Shown piece by piece: positions 40,518 to 49,539 of a stretch of DNA of 64,000 bases. Every line of letters starts with the position of its first letter. Positions within the stretch are counted from its first letter, which is position 1. The notes beneath the pieces are model-generated. The model ran no database searches and had not been told where the DNA came from. It saw only the letters and a program-made list of their open reading frames with translations. Origin of the DNA: Acidimicrobiaceae bacterium (GTDB lineage: Bacteria; Actinomycetota; Acidimicrobiia; Actinomarinales; Actinomarinaceae); contig JAOOBM010000002.1 in assembly GCA_028404505.1 (NCBI GenBank), positions 90,587 through 154,586 on the forward strand, written 5' to 3'. A program made the position numbers and the translations under genes.

Positions 40518-41004
40518 AATACAACAAAGCCACAAATATCGTTAAAAAACCTGTTCCTGCCATTACAGGAATACTTATAAAGCCAAAAATATCAACATAC
40601 TTCATATCACATGGCACATCAACTGCACATGTTCCTCCGCCTCCACCACCGTTTTGTAAAAATATATGATATGCACTTATAATCACACCAATAATGCTGA
40701 TATACCCTACCCGAAAAAAAGGTCTCTTAAATAGTGAAATAATTAAGGCTATTGCTACTGGATACATTAAATATCTTTGATACCAACAAAATCGACAAGG
40801 GATAAAACCAACAACCTCGGAATATACAATGCTTCCAATAGAAGAAAAAACAGCAACAGAGATAGCAAAATTCAAGAACTGATCTGTAATTAACCTGCTA
40901 AATGTTTTTTTTGAAAAATAAAGATAAAGAATTGCAGCGGTAGAAAACCAGGCAATAAAAGTAAGGAATCCAAAAAAAGTATTAAATAAAATTATGAGAT
41001 CCAT
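40486..41004 (-). CDS. Disulfide bond formation protein B-like (DsbB/BdbC family) membrane protein.
   Basis: 4-TM protein with CRFCWYQRY (CxxC followed by QR) and a second Cys pair in the periplasmic loop (CAVDVPC). Confidence 0.65.
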   Translation of the reverse strand: MDLIILFNTFFGFLTFIAWFSTAAILYLYFSKKTFSRLITDQFLNFAISVAVFSSIGSIVYSEVVGFIPCRFCWYQRYLMYPVAIALIISLFKRPFFRVGYISIIGVIISAYHIFLQNGGGGGGTCAVDVPCDMKYVDIFGFISIPVMAGTGFLTIFVALLYYEFARKEFVE

Positions 41005-41018
41005 ATTGAGATTTTACC

Positions 41019-41056
41019 CTACAAAAAATGATAGGCGACATTTGTCGCCTATCATT
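41019..41056 (-). terminator. Rho-independent terminator of the rhodopsin gene.
   Basis: Perfect inverted repeat AATGATAGGCGACA / TGTCGCCTATCATT (41027-41056), followed on the minus strand by TTTTTTGTAGGG. Confidence 0.75.
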
Positions 41057-41075
41057 AAAATTTTATTCGAAAAAG

Positions 41076-41738
41076 TTATGAAACTTTCTCTCCTGACTTA
41101 ACTCGAGCCATTTGTAGTACCAATACACCAAGGCCGACTTTGTTAATTATGTCAGCGATTGTGTAAAGGACTTCTCTAATAGCATCGAAGTCTCCAACTA
41201 CAGGTGCAATGTATCCTAATGGATAAATTACCCAACCTACAAGGATTAGATTCTTAATGTTTTCAAAAGCTGCTGCTTCATCACCTTTAAGACCTTCTCC
41301 TTCAGCTTGAAGATTTCTCATTAGCCAGACGTAAGTTGCCATAGCAATTACAAATCCTGTCCAATATTCGTTGCTTCCTGCTGCTGATGTTTCACCGTAG
41401 TATCCTGCACCAATCATTACTGTTGCTGCAACTCCCCAGTTACGAACTGCCTCATTATATGCGGCACCCTTTCTTGTAACTGCAAGGACTTCCACGAACA
41501 TCAAAGGAACGGTTAAGACCCAGTCAACGTATCTTAACCCTGTATCGTATGCTCCACTTTCCCAAGATGCACCCATCTTTTGATAGTGATACCATGCAAT
41601 ACCACAGACAAGTGCTGAAATATATACACCACGTCTGTGTTCTGGTTTAACTTCTCTTGATGAAGCTAGTAAAAACACTGTTCCTGCAAGCATTCCTACT
41701 GTTGCCACCATGAAAAGTCGGTATGTTAGTTCTTCCAT
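41076..41738 (-). CDS. Microbial rhodopsin, a proton-pumping proteorhodopsin/xantho-like type (220 aa).
   Basis: Seven TM helices. Helix C is RYVDWVLTVPLMFVEV, giving the DTE proton-pump motif with M at the position of PR-105. The retinal Schiff-base Lys is in helix G (ADIINKVGLG). Confidence 0.85.
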   Translation of the reverse strand: MEELTYRLFMVATVGMLAGTVFLLASSREVKPEHRRGVYISALVCGIAWYHYQKMGASWESGAYDTGLRYVDWVLTVPLMFVEVLAVTRKGAAYNEAVRNWGVAATVMIGAGYYGETSAAGSNEYWTGFVIAMATYVWLMRNLQAEGEGLKGDEAAAFENIKNLILVGWVIYPLGYIAPVVGDFDAIREVLYTIADIINKVGLGVLVLQMARVKSGEKVS

Positions 41739-41765
41739 TTTAGAAGTACTCCTTTTTTTCTTTAA

Positions 41766-41780
41766 TGTGAAACGTTCACA
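41766..41780. promoter_or_regulatory. Candidate operator TGTGA-N5-TCACA in the rhodopsin promoter region. A second TGTGAA half-site lies at 41799.
   Basis: Read directly from the sequence (TGTGAAACGTTCACATCACA), about 30-45 nt upstream of the rhodopsin start. It resembles a CRP/FNR half-site pair, but the spacing is N5 rather than N6. Confidence 0.3.
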
Positions 41781-41867
41781 TCACAAATGTACCATCCTTG
41801 TGAAATTATTAAAATAATTTGGAAATTTTTTAGAAATTTTTGTAACTTTATTTTAAAAAAATAGTAA

Positions 41868-43343
41868 TTAAACTTCTGATCCAATGGACCATTTTTCTAA
41901 ATATGGCTTTAAATTGAACTTTGTTGCCGTAGATTTTGATGTCATATACCTTATTTTTCCATAAATTGGCCTTTCAGGGCCCCATGCTCTGTCATATCTA
42001 CCTAGAATCCAAAATACTCCTGAGTATGAATTAGGATCTCTTCCGTCTAAAGCAAAACGATCATTTAAATCAATCAAATATGAAAGGGCAATTTGTGGAT
42101 TGGGTGTCCATTCCAGAATCTTTTTACCCCATAACATTCTTAAATAATTGTGAATCCTCCCTTCAGTTTTTAATTGATTTTGTGCTGCATTCCAAATTTC
42201 ATCATGGGTGTTAGCATTTGTAAATTCTGATAGGTCATATATGTACTCTCTCTCATCATTAGCATGCTCATCCAATGTCTTTACTGCCCAATCTGGTAAC
42301 GACTGATACTGATCGTAGTTAGCCCTCTTGACACACGTATGATATCCAAGCTCTCTCCAAGTAATTAGTTCATCAAAAAAACTTTCAAGATTAGCTGATC
42401 CGCCCCACCATCCTTCTCTACGACCAACAAAATTAGGATCTATATTTTCAACTGACCAAGACTCATTATTTATTATTTTTTCAAATACCTCATAGGTTGA
42501 AATGTGTCCAAAGTGAAAATATGGCGAGAGTTGACTACTCGCATCTTCTGAAGGATGACTCCTTAATTTTGCATAATCATTAAAACCTTTTTTTGCAAAA
42601 AGATCTAATCTTGATTTGGCAGCATTATATCCACCAACTACACCACTTGGCTCTACAGATTTATCAACATTTAAATTATCTAAAAAGTCTTGGACATTAA
42701 TTTTGTTAAAGTCAATTAGCCCGTACTTTTTATAAATTGGTTCTAATATTTTTTCTTCAAATTTTAAATTAAGATACTCTAAAGGATTTGCTTCAGGGAC
42801 TTCTACTAAAAAATCTTCTATATTTTTATGCATAAATCTTCTGAAATCATGAGCACGAACATATTCTTTATCTGCAATCCTTATTGGAAGTAATCCGTTT
42901 GAATCAACAAGTTCGTATGTGGTTTGTATGCTTCCTTTTGCATCTGCTGTCATTTGTGGAACAAAATAAGTTGGGTAGTCATCAGTAACAACTACTGCAG
43001 CATTTTTTGCTAATTCTATTAATAAGCTATCTGCAACTCCTTTTCTTTCCTCAACATATGGAAAATAAAGAGCTTTTGATTTTTCAGTTTGTTTTTGGAT
43101 ATCTTTCATGCCCTCAATAGCAAACTTATGAAATCTTATGCTTGCCATTGGATAATCAATTGTCATAGGTTCAAAAATAAGTAAAGGCTTTGAAAGTTTG
43201 TTTGCCCATTCAATTGCACGTTGAAGAGAGAAATTGTAATTAACTCTCCTAAAAGCAATCATCCAATAAAGAACATAAGGTGCGTCCATGTTTGGCTGAT
43301 CATTATTTAAAGTAGTTATTCTATTTATAGGCACTTCAATCAT
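41868..43343 (-). CDS. phr: Class II CPD deoxyribodipyrimidine photolyase.
   Basis: N-terminal VLYWMIAFRRV and C-terminal RMLWGKKILEWT...LNDRFALDGRDPNSYSGVFW...GKIRYM match class II photolyases. Confidence 0.8.
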   Translation of the reverse strand: MIEVPINRITTLNNDQPNMDAPYVLYWMIAFRRVNYNFSLQRAIEWANKLSKPLLIFEPMTIDYPMASIRFHKFAIEGMKDIQKQTEKSKALYFPYVEERKGVADSLLIELAKNAAVVVTDDYPTYFVPQMTADAKGSIQTTYELVDSNGLLPIRIADKEYVRAHDFRRFMHKNIEDFLVEVPEANPLEYLNLKFEEKILEPIYKKYGLIDFNKINVQDFLDNLNVDKSVEPSGVVGGYNAAKSRLDLFAKKGFNDYAKLRSHPSEDASSQLSPYFHFGHISTYEVFEKIINNESWSVENIDPNFVGRREGWWGGSANLESFFDELITWRELGYHTCVKRANYDQYQSLPDWAVKTLDEHANDEREYIYDLSEFTNANTHDEIWNAAQNQLKTEGRIHNYLRMLWGKKILEWTPNPQIALSYLIDLNDRFALDGRDPNSYSGVFWILGRYDRAWGPERPIYGKIRYMTSKSTATKFNLKPYLEKWSIGSEV

Positions 43344-43406
43344 AAAAATATTATAAGATTGAATTCATTTTTAAATTGATAATTATATGGTTAAAATTAC
43401 CTTTGT

Positions 43407-44582
43407 ATGGGAGCAATTGACATCAAATCTGCTGGGAAAATTTACCCAAATGGTACTAGAGCGCTAGAAGATGTAAGCATAACAATTAATGATGGTGAGT
43501 TTGTAGTTCTTGTTGGACCTTCTGGTTGTGGTAAAACAACTCTACTTAGAATGGTTGCGGGTCTTGAAGACATTACTGAAGGAGAGATTTCGATTGGTGA
43601 CAAGACTGTAAACGATGTAGCACCAAAAGATCGTGATATTGCGATGGTTTTTCAAAATTATGCACTTTATCCTCATATGTCCGTTTTCGACAATATGGCC
43701 TTCTCTTTAAAATTAAGAAAATTACCAAAAGATGAAATAGATAAAAAGGTAAAAGATGCTGCAAAAACACTTGAGATAAGTGAATTGCTTGATAGAAAAC
43801 CAAAGGCTTTATCAGGTGGACAAAGACAAAGAGTCGCAATGGGTAGGGCAATTGTTAGAAATCCACAAGCTTTTCTTATGGACGAACCATTATCAAACTT
43901 AGATGCAAAGTTAAGAGTTCAAATGAGAGCTGAATTAGGACAACTTCATACTCAATTACAAACAACAACTTTGTATGTTACTCATGACCAGGTAGAAGCT
44001 ATGACCATGGGAGATAGGGTTGCAGTGATCAGAAAAGGTGAATTACAACAAATTGATACTCCGAGAGAAATTTATCTAAATCCTAGAAATATTTTTGTAG
44101 CGGGGTTTATTGGTAGTCCATCAATGAATTTTGTATATGCAAATATAGGTGTAAAAAATAGCTCTATACAATTAAGTTTTGGAAATGATCAAATTGATTA
44201 CAATGGTGAAAAATTAGACGAATTAAAGGCTTTTGAAAACAAAGAAATTGTAATGGGAATTAGACCTGAAGCTTTTGAGGATGGAAACTATGCAAATGAA
44301 AGTGAATTTTCAGAGAGTATTAAGGTATCTGTTTCTCTTTTGGAACAACTAGGTTCTGATTCATATATTCATTTTTATAAAGATATTAAACCCGTCCAAA
44401 CTGAGGCGATTGAAGAAATCTTAGCTGATGATGGTGAGGACATATCTATCTTAGGGGATAATACAAAATTTATAGCAAGAATAAACCCAAACTCAACAGT
44501 TGCTGAGGGAGAAGAAATTGAACTAAAAATTGACCCTTCAAAACTTCATTTCTTTAATCCTGATACTGGAGATGCTATATAG
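43407..44582 (+). CDS. Sugar ABC transporter ATP-binding protein (MalK/UgpC/MsiK type) with a C-terminal TOBE domain.
   Basis: Walker A GPSGCGKTT, signature LSGGQRQR, and H-loop VTHDQ. Confidence 0.85.
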   Translation: MGAIDIKSAGKIYPNGTRALEDVSITINDGEFVVLVGPSGCGKTTLLRMVAGLEDITEGEISIGDKTVNDVAPKDRDIAMVFQNYALYPHMSVFDNMAFSLKLRKLPKDEIDKKVKDAAKTLEISELLDRKPKALSGGQRQRVAMGRAIVRNPQAFLMDEPLSNLDAKLRVQMRAELGQLHTQLQTTTLYVTHDQVEAMTMGDRVAVIRKGELQQIDTPREIYLNPRNIFVAGFIGSPSMNFVYANIGVKNSSIQLSFGNDQIDYNGEKLDELKAFENKEIVMGIRPEAFEDGNYANESEFSESIKVSVSLLEQLGSDSYIHFYKDIKPVQTEAIEEILADDGEDISILGDNTKFIARINPNSTVAEGEEIELKIDPSKLHFFNPDTGDAI

Positions 44583-44586
44583 TTTA

Positions 44587-45855
44587 TTAATATTTGCTAT
44601 CCAGTTCCTCAGTAATCTCGTTAATTAATTCACTCCCCAAAGAAATATATTTTTTTAAAGCATACAAAAGATGATCAGAGCCGATTCTTCTTTCCATCAG
44701 CTCAGACGCATCGTATCTAAATAAGTTATCATTTAGGGCATTTCTTACAAGCAAGGTTTCTTTAAAAAGCATATTGTTTTCTATATCTTCTATATTTGAG
44801 TTTTTATTTGCAGAAATAAACATAGAATCCTGTTTTGATATCCATATTTGTCCAAAATTATCATCTAAAAGTGCTTTAAATACTTCCAAAGATTTATTTG
44901 ATGAATTTAAGATAACTAAAGAATCTCCAATTCCAACCATTGCATTTTTGTTTGATTCAGATGGAAATTTAAAAAAGTCAAAATCGTACTCATAACTTTT
45001 ATCAGTGGGGAAATACATACTTGCAAAATGCCCTGACCAGCTGAATACACAAGAATTATCTTCATCAAGTAAATTACGGTAGTTGTTTCTAAATTCTTTA
45101 GTAATAATTCTCTGGTTTCCCCCATAAACTGCATTTTCCTCAAATATAAGTTTTCCAATATTCAAAATTGATAATGTGATTTCATTATTTTGAGATTTGA
45201 TCCTTTGTGTGAGCCAATCATCATAAGTGTCTGGTCCATATTCGTGCAAAATCAAATCTTCTAACCAATTAGTTGCTATCCATCCTGTTGAGGCTCCGCT
45301 TTCGATATCCATACACCATAATGGATTATCAGGAGATGAATATTCTTTAGTAAAGGAAATTATATCTTCAAAGCTTTCAAAAGTTGGAGACCCTAACCTC
45401 TCATATTTATCAACGTCATACCAAATTAGTGAATTTGGGATCAACCTAAAAAGAATACCGTAATTTGTTTGATCTGTTTCAGAGGTTGTAATTTCTTGTA
45501 GATGTTTTGGATAATTATTATCAATCAATTCATCGCTTAACGCAATAGAAACAGGGAAAATATGCCCCCTTTCTCCGAGATTTACTACTCCTTGAGGATT
45601 TGGAATTATTGCTAGATCAAACTCCTCAATATTTGTACCTCCAACGATTTCTGACTCAACATCTGAAAAAGGAACATACTTTATTTTTACATTTAAATCT
45701 TTAGAAATTTGATCTAATTCCTCCTGAAAATAACCAATCTGTGGAAAATATGGGCCTGCAATAGAAATTTCTTCAGGGTCATATGCTAAAAATGAAAAAA
45801 TTAAAGTTGTAATTACAAAAATTGGAACAAATAACTTTTTATTTTTTAGTTCCAT
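44587..45855 (-). CDS. Extracellular solute-binding protein (sugar ABC family 1), a divergent paralog with an N-terminal TM anchor instead of a lipobox.
   Basis: Shares motifs with the binding protein at 49540-50847 (GWIATNWLEDL versus GWLATDWMEDI), but has low GC and no Cys lipobox. Confidence 0.6.
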   Translation of the reverse strand: MELKNKKLFVPIFVITTLIFSFLAYDPEEISIAGPYFPQIGYFQEELDQISKDLNVKIKYVPFSDVESEIVGGTNIEEFDLAIIPNPQGVVNLGERGHIFPVSIALSDELIDNNYPKHLQEITTSETDQTNYGILFRLIPNSLIWYDVDKYERLGSPTFESFEDIISFTKEYSSPDNPLWCMDIESGASTGWIATNWLEDLILHEYGPDTYDDWLTQRIKSQNNEITLSILNIGKLIFEENAVYGGNQRIITKEFRNNYRNLLDEDNSCVFSWSGHFASMYFPTDKSYEYDFDFFKFPSESNKNAMVGIGDSLVILNSSNKSLEVFKALLDDNFGQIWISKQDSMFISANKNSNIEDIENNMLFKETLLVRNALNDNLFRYDASELMERRIGSDHLLYALKKYISLGSELINEITEELDSKY

Positions 45856-46739
45856 AAGTGTGCTGCTCCTCTAACACCACTAGAAGACCCATGAGTTGCT
45901 TTAACAATTGGTGTAAGGAAAAAATTCGATGCAATATAAGGTATTATTCTATTTGGTACTTCATCATAGATTTCATCAATTTCTGACATCCCCCCTCCAC
46001 AAACGATAACTTCGGGATCAAGTATATTTACAAACGTACTGAATGACCTGGCAATTCTCTCAAAGTATACATCCATCACTTCGCCTGCAACTAAATCATT
46101 TTCTCGATAAAGGGAAACTATATCTCTGGATGAGATTTTTGTTTTTGTTATATGCTCGTAATAATTTTCAAGACCTGGACCAGATAAAAAGACTTCAACT
46201 GCTCCAACTCGACCACAATGTCTCTTTACACTTTTTTCATATTCGTCCATGGGTCCAGGAATTGGGTTTTGACCCCACTCCCCAGTCAGCTTATTGGGAC
46301 CAACTATAATTTTTTTATTAACTGAATAACCAGCACCTACACCGGTACCAAGAATTACAGCAAAGACACTTTTATATTCTGATCCGGCACCATCCGTTGC
46401 TTCTGAAAGCGCAAGACAGTCTGCATCATTTGCTATTTTTATTTCATATCCAAGCTTTGTTTCAATATCTGATTTTACAGGTTTATTCTCAAGAGCTTTT
46501 GTATTTGATACCTGTACAAGATTTGTTTCTGGATGTATCGAACCGGGCATACCAATGCCAACTGTAAAGCCTGAAGAGCCTTTTGAAATATTCTCAATTA
46601 CTTCAACTACTTTTGAAATAATTTTGTCATAATTATCTTTTGGAGAATCTACTCGAATTCGATTTATTTCTTTTCCATTTTTTGAATCGATCGCTATACC
46701 TTCAATTTTTGTTCCGCCCCAGTCGATTCCGATTTTCAT
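45846..46739 (-). CDS. ROK-family sugar kinase.
   Basis: N-terminal MKIGIDWGGTKIEG, ROK Gly-rich motifs, and no N-terminal HTH, which favours a kinase over a repressor. Confidence 0.7.
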   Translation of the reverse strand: MKIGIDWGGTKIEGIAIDSKNGKEINRIRVDSPKDNYDKIISKVVEVIENISKGSSGFTVGIGMPGSIHPETNLVQVSNTKALENKPVKSDIETKLGYEIKIANDADCLALSEATDGAGSEYKSVFAVILGTGVGAGYSVNKKIIVGPNKLTGEWGQNPIPGPMDEYEKSVKRHCGRVGAVEVFLSGPGLENYYEHITKTKISSRDIVSLYRENDLVAGEVMDVYFERIARSFSTFVNILDPEVIVCGGGMSEIDEIYDEVPNRIIPYIASNFFLTPIVKATHGSSSGVRGAAHLWN

Positions 46740-47324
46740 TTATTTACTCAACTCAAATTTAATACTATATTTTTTAATGTTAGTAGTACCAATTTTTTCA
46801 ATTTCATTATTTTTATTAACTGACCAATAATTTGGAGCATCTGGATAGTTTTCAGCATAATCTGTGGCAACACCATATTTTATTATTTCTCCTGAATCAG
46901 CCGTTGATTCAAAATATCTAAGATAATAAATATATTTTTTGCAATCATCCTCAATTGAATTTTGATAAAACTTTCCATTAATGTTGGTTTTAAAATTATT
47001 ATCTTTCTTTAGTGTAATTTTTATCTCACCTGGTTTATTTTCGTTCCACGTTGGCCCAATACATACTCCATCAAAATCACTTTCATAATCCTCCCTAAAT
47101 TTCATATCAAAAGTTAGATCATAAAAATCTATTGAATTTGGTTCTTTTGGGAAAAATTGAATTGATAAAACTATTGAATCATTGATAAATAAATTTTCAG
47201 TTGTGTCTATAGTTAATAATCCTTCGTCAATTTTATCATCAAGGATTAACTCGTAACGATAGGTGTCAGTTGTTGAACAGAAAGAGAATAATAACAAAAA
47301 TAAAAGAATTTTTGTGGGTCTCAA
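46740..47324 (-). CDS. Hypothetical secreted protein or lipoprotein embedded in the sugar-transport operon.
   Basis: Signal peptide MRPTKILLFLLLFSFCS. I recognise no family. Confidence 0.45.
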   Translation of the reverse strand: MRPTKILLFLLLFSFCSTTDTYRYELILDDKIDEGLLTIDTTENLFINDSIVLSIQFFPKEPNSIDFYDLTFDMKFREDYESDFDGVCIGPTWNENKPGEIKITLKKDNNFKTNINGKFYQNSIEDDCKKYIYYLRYFESTADSGEIIKYGVATDYAENYPDAPNYWSVNKNNEIEKIGTTNIKKYSIKFELSK

Positions 47325-48217
47325 CCCTTTACTGCTCCTCCAATAAGACCTCTTATAAAAAAACGTTGCAGACTAAAAAACACAATTAAAGGAACAATCA
47401 TGGATATAACCGCACCTGCTGTTCTTAAATGCCAGGCCTCACCATAATTTCCGACAGTTAATTGAGCTACATGTGATGTAATTACCTGGTTTCTTGGATT
47501 TATTCCTAAAAAAACATTTGCTACTAAAAAGTCGTTATAAACCCACAAGAATTGAAAAGTTGCAAAAGCTGCTATTCCTGCGATTGATAGTGGAAGGGCT
47601 AGTCTATAAAATGTTGTAAGATGTGATGCTCCATCAATTTTTGCTGACTCTATTACACTTTTTGGCAAACCCATCATAAAATCTCTCAATAAAAACGTAG
47701 CTAAAGGAAGACCAAATCCTGTATGGGCAAACCAAACCGAAACAAAAGTTCCAGTAATCTTTAATTCTGGGATTACTGTAATTCCAAATAATATTGCACC
47801 TCTGTTCATCAAACTTACCAATGGAATCAAAGACATTTGTAGTGGAACTATCATCATCGCTATAACAAATAAAAATGCCAGTTCTTTTCCTCTAAAATCA
47901 ATAAATGCAAAAGCGTATGCAGCAAACGCCGCAATAGTGATTGGAATAATCGTTGATGGAATAACAACTGCAAATGAATTGAAAAATGATCTTGATAAGT
48001 TTTCGGCAAATAAAATTTCAGAATAATTGGACATGGTTAACTCATTCATTAACTCCCCACTAAATAAGGAGTTCCACCAAGCGACCCTCTTAACAGCATC
48101 AGGCTCTCTAAATGAACTAAGTAAGAATCCAATATAAGGAAACATCCATGTAAGCGAAATTGTAATTAAAATAATTTTGCTTATTGGCTTGTCGTACCAC
48201 TTTTGAGAATAGTTCAT
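47321..48217 (-). CDS. Carbohydrate ABC transporter permease (MalG-like).
   Basis: 6-TM protein with an EAA-like loop (ESAKIDGASHLTTFYRLALP). Confidence 0.8.
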   Translation of the reverse strand: MNYSQKWYDKPISKIILITISLTWMFPYIGFLLSSFREPDAVKRVAWWNSLFSGELMNELTMSNYSEILFAENLSRSFFNSFAVVIPSTIIPITIAAFAAYAFAFIDFRGKELAFLFVIAMMIVPLQMSLIPLVSLMNRGAILFGITVIPELKITGTFVSVWFAHTGFGLPLATFLLRDFMMGLPKSVIESAKIDGASHLTTFYRLALPLSIAGIAAFATFQFLWVYNDFLVANVFLGINPRNQVITSHVAQLTVGNYGEAWHLRTAGAVISMIVPLIVFFSLQRFFIRGLIGGAVKG

Positions 48218-49455
48218 ATTTTGGTGTCCTCTCTATTTCTAAATGCGTTGAGAACAATTATCGGTATGACACTGATAAAAATTAGAATTGCCACTGTTGA
48301 TGCTCTTCCAAAGTGTAAAAATTTTGAGAATTCGTCCATCATTTTGACTGCCAGTAAATTTGTTTCGAAATCACCTCTAGTTGTAACAAAAACAATATCG
48401 TATGCTTTTAGAACAGTAACTGTAATATACGTTGCAACAACTACGATTGTAGATTTTATGTAAGGCATTACAACAGATAAAAATATTCTTGCCTCAGAAG
48501 CTCCGTCTATTCTTCCCGCTTCTGTAATTTCGGATGGAATGGCTTTTATTGCTGCAGAAAATACAATCATTGCAAAACCTGTATACATCCAAACCATGAT
48601 GATCATCAGAAGAATCGTATTTAATGGTAGATTCGAAAAAAAGGATTGAAGAGTATCAACCTCAGACACATTCTCAAACGCTTGAAACTTTGTTAAATCT
48701 CTTTGCTGTAACCATCCTATTGGCTCAGTACAACCTTCTCCTGTGTACCCAATTTTATTTCCATTTTCAATAACATTGTTTTTACAATCATTACCATCGA
48801 TATCTTGACCTCCAGTAACTCTTAATCCATTTAAAAATCCAATCTGTGTTAACGGAGGTGGTCTATATTCGTATATAAATTTAAAAATTGCTGAAGAACC
48901 TACACCTGATATTGCCATCGGCATAAATATTATTGATTTAAAAAATGCTTCTCCTTTTTGAAGTTTGTCAGAGATGTAAGCAACGATGAGCCCAATTAGG
49001 ATTACCAAACTCACAACACCCACCAACCATATAAATTGATTTCTGATTGTTATCTTCATTAAATCATTTGAAAAAGCCCAGATATAATTTTCAAATCCAA
49101 CGCTAAAATCTCCATATTTATCTCTAAAACTCAGATATATAGTTCGTATTGCTGGATAAAAGAGAAATAATCCCAAAAGAAATATAGCTGGACCAACAAA
49201 CATTGCTCCATATAATCCTTCTTGGTATTGCTTTGGGGCGTAGGAAATTATCTTATTCATACCAATGTAAAGAAGAAAAATAAATGTTGAACCTACTGCA
49301 ATTGCAAGAAAGATCAGTAAAGATCGAGGAATGGCTTTACTTATTTCTCTGAACAAAATAGCTTGAAAAAGAAACCACAATAATGGAAACAGAGCAAAAG
49401 CTATAATTCTTAATCCAGTTGCTAGTAATTTGTTATTGTCTGAAAGAACACTCAT
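48214..49455 (-). CDS. Carbohydrate ABC transporter permease (MalF-like, with a large extracytoplasmic loop).
   Basis: Polytopic membrane protein with an EAA loop (EAGRIDGASEARIF). Confidence 0.8.
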   Translation of the reverse strand: MSVLSDNNKLLATGLRIIAFALFPLLWFLFQAILFREISKAIPRSLLIFLAIAVGSTFIFLLYIGMNKIISYAPKQYQEGLYGAMFVGPAIFLLGLFLFYPAIRTIYLSFRDKYGDFSVGFENYIWAFSNDLMKITIRNQFIWLVGVVSLVILIGLIVAYISDKLQKGEAFFKSIIFMPMAISGVGSSAIFKFIYEYRPPPLTQIGFLNGLRVTGGQDIDGNDCKNNVIENGNKIGYTGEGCTEPIGWLQQRDLTKFQAFENVSEVDTLQSFFSNLPLNTILLMIIMVWMYTGFAMIVFSAAIKAIPSEITEAGRIDGASEARIFLSVVMPYIKSTIVVVATYITVTVLKAYDIVFVTTRGDFETNLLAVKMMDEFSKFLHFGRASTVAILIFISVIPIIVLNAFRNREDTKI

Positions 49456-49539
49456 TTTATTTTAAGAATACCACTAATTTTCATTCTAGAAAAAAACATA
49501 GCCACTCTTTCGAGTGGCTATGCAAAATAAATTAACCGT

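Noticed and set aside
41766-41780. Canonical CRP (TGTGA-N6-TCACA) site upstream of the rhodopsin gene.
   Set aside because: The spacer is 5 nt, not 6, so a canonical CRP/GlxR site is rejected. It is kept only as a generic operator candidate.
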